Source of the DNA: Rhodosorus marinus CCMP1338
Lineage: Eukaryota > Plantae > Rhodophyta
DNA length: 64,000 nt
Assembly (NCBI GenBank): GCA_029953675.1
Contig: JAMWBK010000002.1
Span: 2,046,001-2,110,000 of the forward strand
Direction: 5' to 3'
In this document: one piece after another, positions 59,150 to 64,000 of the stretch
Numbering within the stretch: position 1 is the stretch's first letter
How the letters are laid out: the number at the start of each line of letters is the position of its first letter
The notes under the pieces: generated by a model
The model's database searches: none
Seen by the model: only the letters and a program-made list of their open reading frames with translations
Told to the model about the DNA's origin: nothing
Position numbers and translations under genes: made by a program

Positions 59150-59991
59150 CTTCCGTTGTCACCTGGAGCAAATAATCCACTCCAGGATCATACTATTCCT
59201 GGGGAAAAAGTTCTTCAATTTGCACGCTCCGTGGTCAGCCACTTCCCTCCCGAAACACGGAAAATACCATGCGGCTCCGCCAACAGGCCCGGCCCGGCGA
59301 GTGAAACCCATTTCCCATGTTGAGGCGGATCAAGCCGCTGCAGAGGCTTGGTAGATGATAGAACCAAGATGTGGAGAATTGATACTGAACGGATATTTGT
59401 TGATTCGATGACCTTGCCTTAAGATGTGATAGTCTGTTTGCACATCTTCAGATCGTGGTCGGGAGGATTTTGCGCCGCGATGAACGGGAGCTATGTACTC
59501 CCACCTACCAAGCAACTGGGTGCGACGGTTTTGCTGCTGGTACATGCACAACCGGAGGGTGGCGGGGTGGTGGAAAGCTCTCATCCCCGGATACCCGGGA
59601 CGTACCGGACAATGTGGGGTGTGTGTTTGAAACTGAGTCCCCAACTTGTGAGTGGAAAACTTGTTTACCGATTTAATGGCTTAGTCTGCGCTAGCAAAAG
59701 GCGTGGCTTACGCCGTTCAAACGGCAAGGCAGCGTTCGTGAACATTCCGTTTCCTGGCTTGGGGATCCACCGCTTAATCCGTCCAAAGAAACATTCTCTC
59801 GAGGCTGATTCCGTTCAGCAAGCCTCGGTGAGGGCGTAGGAGACTATTCATGCCCATCGAAAAAGTTCGATTTTTTCTATTTAAATATACTCTTGTGCAG
59901 GTCCAAGGTCCGAAACCACTGGGATGAAAACGTCAACCGACGCAAAGTTACACGTACACGGGTAGACAAGCAGTGCCCAATAAAACATATC

Positions 59992-62057
59992 CTACTCGAG
60001 TGGAACTTGCCCAAGTAGCTCGGCGTTGCTCTTAACCAATCGGGAATCAGCAAAGCTTACCGAAGGAAGAGAATCTTCAGACACTTGCGACTCCTTCTCC
60101 TCTCTTCGTCTCCGGAAGAAGTGTACAACTATGGGGTACAAGTGGATCACAATAGAAATCCCCAAGACGATGAGCTGAAATGCGAACAGAACCCAGGTGG
60201 TTTCGAGGGATACAGCGTCTGTCTCACTGCCCTCTACGTCCTGGTTCAGCATGGGTTCACAGCTCCCAACCCCTTGGAACCACTGAGCGTACAGGTCGTC
60301 ATTATAGCCTTCTTCTCTCAAGGAGACGAGCTCTTCGTCAATTGCTAGTCTTAGTGAGTGACGGTTTCGATGTACAGCAACTGCATAGTCCTCCAGTTGG
60401 AACACATCTCCGACAACAACTTTGTCGCACTCCTGAAAGGCTCGGTATCTCAGAGGAGGTGAGTCCCACACAATCGCATCAATCGAGCGATCCTCCAGGG
60501 CCTTAAACCTGTCATTGTTGTCCTCAATTACCGCCGGAATTGATTGGTCCTGAGCTCTGAGCCACTTGTATCCGCTCGTGTTTTCAGAGGATGTACCAAC
60601 TCTCTTCCCAGCCAAGTCATTTCGACCTGAGAATTGCGATGAATACGGTGGGCATATGTCAGACGTTGGGGTACTCCGGGTATACATCTCCATAAACAAC
60701 CGACGCTGCAGGCGCGCATTGAACAGTGAAATAGAATAAAGACGATATCTTGCACAAAGCCCATAGCGAAGAAGGAAGCATTTTGCTGGTGCTCACCTCT
60801 AATCGGTACTTGCAGGGACTGCTTTGTAAGAAACGCAGCGAGGTTGGCAGTATACGTTGCGATAATCACGAGAGAGACCATCATGAAAGCAAGTACTGTT
60901 AATCTCGCGGGCCAGCTACGGTAATTGATGAAAGGGTTTTGCAGAAAAGTAGTCCATGAGTGCCATTGCCCAAGAGGGAGCCCGTGCTTCGCGTCGATCT
61001 TCATGTGCGCGTTGCGATTCCTTTCGAACACCCAAATCGCAATTCCGACAAGAATCACAGTCGCAAACACTGAAACCCAGACATCCCAGGTAAACGGGTC
61101 TAGCATGCTAAGCGGATCCTTGCTAGTGTCCGTTGGTCTCAAGATCATAACTTCAAGCCCAGAGTAATAATACACGCGGCTGAAATCGACAATCGGCATT
61201 CGCTCGGATGTGACGGAGATGCACGCTGTTCCCATAAGATATTCTCCACTGGCCACCTTCTCTACCAAAATCGGGGTTTCCGCAATGCACACGATCTTGT
61301 ACTTGTCCCTCAAGCCCAACCTGCCGTAACCAACACAACAGAAGAGTTTGAGAAAAAAGAATGAGGCCTATGGGGAACACAGGCTCCAAACCTCCAAGGT
61401 CCGACCGCGCTCACCTGTCCATGATTTCCTCAAGTAGGTCTATAGAGTAACCACGAGGTCGACCTTGCTCTCGGGAGCCAAATAACTTGTCCTTATTTGG
61501 GGTGCAGAAGACGAAGGGTTCACATGGCTTGGTTCCGATAATAAACTCGTCCTCGTCCCCGGTAAGGCTAGGCGTAGGTGAGGGTGTACCTTCCCCTGGC
61601 CCCTGCCTCATGCTGGGGTGCAGGCGGAATTGACTTTGCTGTTCAGGTAGGCAAGACGACGGGCAACACATGTGAGAACTCTACTAATCTCCATTCCAAC
61701 GTTTCTCATCGCGAGAGTCTCCCCGTGAATGCAGGGCAAATTTCCTACCGTATCGCAAACGCCGCGCCTCGAGCAAAGGAATTCCTTGACGAGACCACGA
61801 GAAAACACGCTCTTACTTCCGTCTAGTGTATTCGGGCCATACGCCGATATTCTAGTAAACAACCACTTCAAGTCACTCGCGCTTAAGCCAGAAAACTCTT
61901 CCACCCCTGTCAACGCTGAGAGTGCTTGCAGATAAAAGTCCTCCACCATCCCACTAGCTTGCCGCCCAGTCCAATCTTCCTGTACGCTTGCATTCGCATA
62001 GAAAAGGACCAAGAGCAACACGACCACGCAGCCTTTTGCTCTCGCCATCTCGGTCAT
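59992..62057 (-). CDS. Ionotropic glutamate receptor-like ligand-gated channel lacking an ATD; 4 exons, ~570 aa
   Basis: Signal peptide; S1 (EPFV, GYSIDLL, ISVTSER..VDFS), M1 (PFTWDVW), pore loop, M3 ATYTANLAAFL (SYTANLAAF motif), S2 (DLAGKRVG, DAIVWDSP), M4; introns ~61646-61748, 61321-61414, ~60627-60796. Confidence 0.9.
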
Positions 62058-63702
62058 CGGGTTTCAAGAAAACCAACACACCTCGACCATAGGCCAGCAA
62101 AACTAAACACTCAGCCCCAGAAACGAATCTTAAGCAATTCTCAACACTCGCCGCCCTCTCCTAAATTCAAATGTAAGCGTATTTTCATGCACATCCAAAA
62201 CAGCAAAGCCAGTAGCCATGTCCCCTGTCCCCAACTAACGCCACAAACACACCCCCGTAGCCCACACCAAAGAAACTCAAAAAAACCCTCCCTTTCAAAC
62301 AAAAGAAGAGAACATGCTCTCACACTAAACAGCCTAACACAGCCTTTTCTCTCCCCATCATACCTTCCCCATCCCCAACTCTTCCTACCCACATCCCCAC
62401 CTACATCCCCCACCACAGCGAGCGCGACACCCCTTAGCTAGCTTTTTGGGCTCACATCTCTCTCTTTTCACGGCTTGAGCACAAGTATCTAACCGCCCGA
62501 AAGTAGCCAATTGTGTCCTTATTTTAGAATATATTTCCAAATCTTGACGTACTGTTAGAGTCTAAATCACTTACGAGATTTTGTTCGCATCTCTACCACT
62601 TCAATCGATTACCTCCGAGAGCGGGGGTCGCGAGGGCGTGGTAGTTCCCCGTGGGCCTTGGTGAATTGTGGTTGTTAATCGTGACAGACTGATTGGGATT
62701 GCCTTCTTAGTCCTACCCTTGGATCCTCTCATGTTGGCTAGGCGACCGGTGGCTCTGTAGACAGGTTGAGTTTTCGCCTTCCGCTGAATGGCACCTAGTC
62801 TCTGTCGATTGTGCAACAATGCTCTATGATTGCGGAGGGACTTGGAGTCCCTCGGTGATGCTAGAATCGTGTGTTTCTTTGAAGGAACAGATCTGCGGGT
62901 TGGCGGCGGTACAGGTGAGGTACGCACGAGCCAGGTTCATCTGAATTGTGCGCGCAAACGGGCGCGGTACCGGGCCCTCCAATGACAGTTGCTCTACAAG
63001 AATTTTCCTTGCGCTCCCAGTTTGACTCTAGACTGCATACCTAGGTAGATGCACAGCCCAGTGCACACCATTCGATACCCTTGGCAACTCGGACCTGGCA
63101 CAGCAGCTCAAAGACAGTCCAAAAAAAGGGATGATAGAACGCTGTGCGAATCTATTTCTGGATCCTACCTCCTTAACCTAGACCTCAGCTTCCTATTGGT
63201 CATCCCTCCCTTTGCCAACCAAGAAGGGGGATCAATCATTTTCACCGGACAAGTGACTGTTTCTGTTTTGACAAAAACAGAATCGTGATGCGCAATGGTT
63301 ATTACTCCAATTTCTCCTTGCTCGAACTGTGCCCCAAAAGTTCAGCCTTTTTTTTGGTTGAGGAAATTATTATGATAATACTTGAGTTTTTGTTTTTTTG
63401 TTGTTGCGCGGCTAACTATTGGTGAGAGCTACTTTCTTTTCTTTTGGTATTTTTTTTTAAAGCCTTTCAAAAGGCGTGGAAGGCAATGCGGCCATATCCT
63501 GTCATCATTTTGCTTTCTTTTTTCTTCGAGGACGTCTGCTCAGTATATACGTATATATATATATGAAAAACAAAATAGGGGGTAAAAAAGTTTCCATTGT
63601 GATTGCAATGGTAGTTGGCCCTCGTCGTCACCCCAGAGTTACCTGGTAACTGTTGTTTTCGAAGAAAGTTTTGGACATCAACATCTGATGAGGAAAACTG
63701 AC

Positions 63703-63870
63703 TCAAGTCCTGTTCTCTTGCGTGTTTTGCGCATCAGAAGGCCTTGGGTTTGACCACCACTTCGCTCCGGCGAGTTGACCGTCCTTAATTTGAGAGAACG
63801 ACCAAATTTCTTTGGAGAAGGGTTTTCGTTTAGCTTTAGGTGACCCTCCCTCGCTCCCAAAATACTGAAG
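63703..63870 (-). CDS. Possible last exon of a gene that begins beyond the window end
   Basis: Pyrimidine-rich TTCAG acceptor followed by an open frame YFGSEGGSPKAKRKPFSKEIWSF...ENRT*. Confidence 0.25.
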   Translation of the reverse strand, partial: LQYFGSEGGSPKAKRKPFSKEIWSFSQIKDGQLAGAKWWSNPRPSDAQNTQENRT

Positions 63871-64000
63871 AGTAGCGAGAAGCGTATGCTGCTTCTCTAT
63901 GTCAATTGAAATTCTTTAGAAGTTTCGGAGAGCCCTCTATACGCTTTTCTAAGGAGAATATCTCAAAGCCGTAAACTTTATGGAAATTCAATTGGAATCA

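Noticed and set aside
62601-62927. 108-aa R/T/P-rich minus-strand ORF
   Set aside because: Non-ATG start, low complexity and no motif; cannot be linked to a gene

Overview
Eukaryotic nuclear DNA, gene-dense, with many short (~80-215 nt) GT-AG spliceosomal introns (donors mostly GTAAG/GTGAG). Plastid transit peptides of the 'M..(A/G)F(V)' type without a signal peptide point to a red alga (inference). About 25 protein genes can be reconstructed by hand-splicing: RPT4, UBC9, CWC27, a J-domain protein, ERG2/sigma-1, GLO1, a TrmH/SpoU methylase, a CaMK-like kinase, a C2H2 factor, METTL23-like, SelK-like, LIP2, SEC24, a BTB protein, GMPR, RPA49 and several orphans. There is also a decayed Ty1/copia element (~32.3-35.3 kb) and three degenerate tandem-repeat blocks. 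The most notable items are: (i) an intron-containing bacterial-type UDP-N-acetylhexosamine dehydrogenase (WbpA/WecC family), a probable domesticated horizontal transfer; (ii) an ionotropic glutamate-receptor-like channel with no amino-terminal domain and an unusual pore loop; (iii) a two-domain glyoxalase I in which all four metal ligands of one active site are lost; (iv) two divergent genes whose predicted start codons are 3 nt apart; (v) a secreted precursor ending in an 8-Cys module; (vi) a BTB-BACK-MATH protein with the domain order reversed relative to SPOP; (vii) a spliced, apparently non-coding leader with a 17-nt microexon upstream of the splicing factor CWC27. Exon boundaries and family assignments come from motif recognition by eye; no database search was run.
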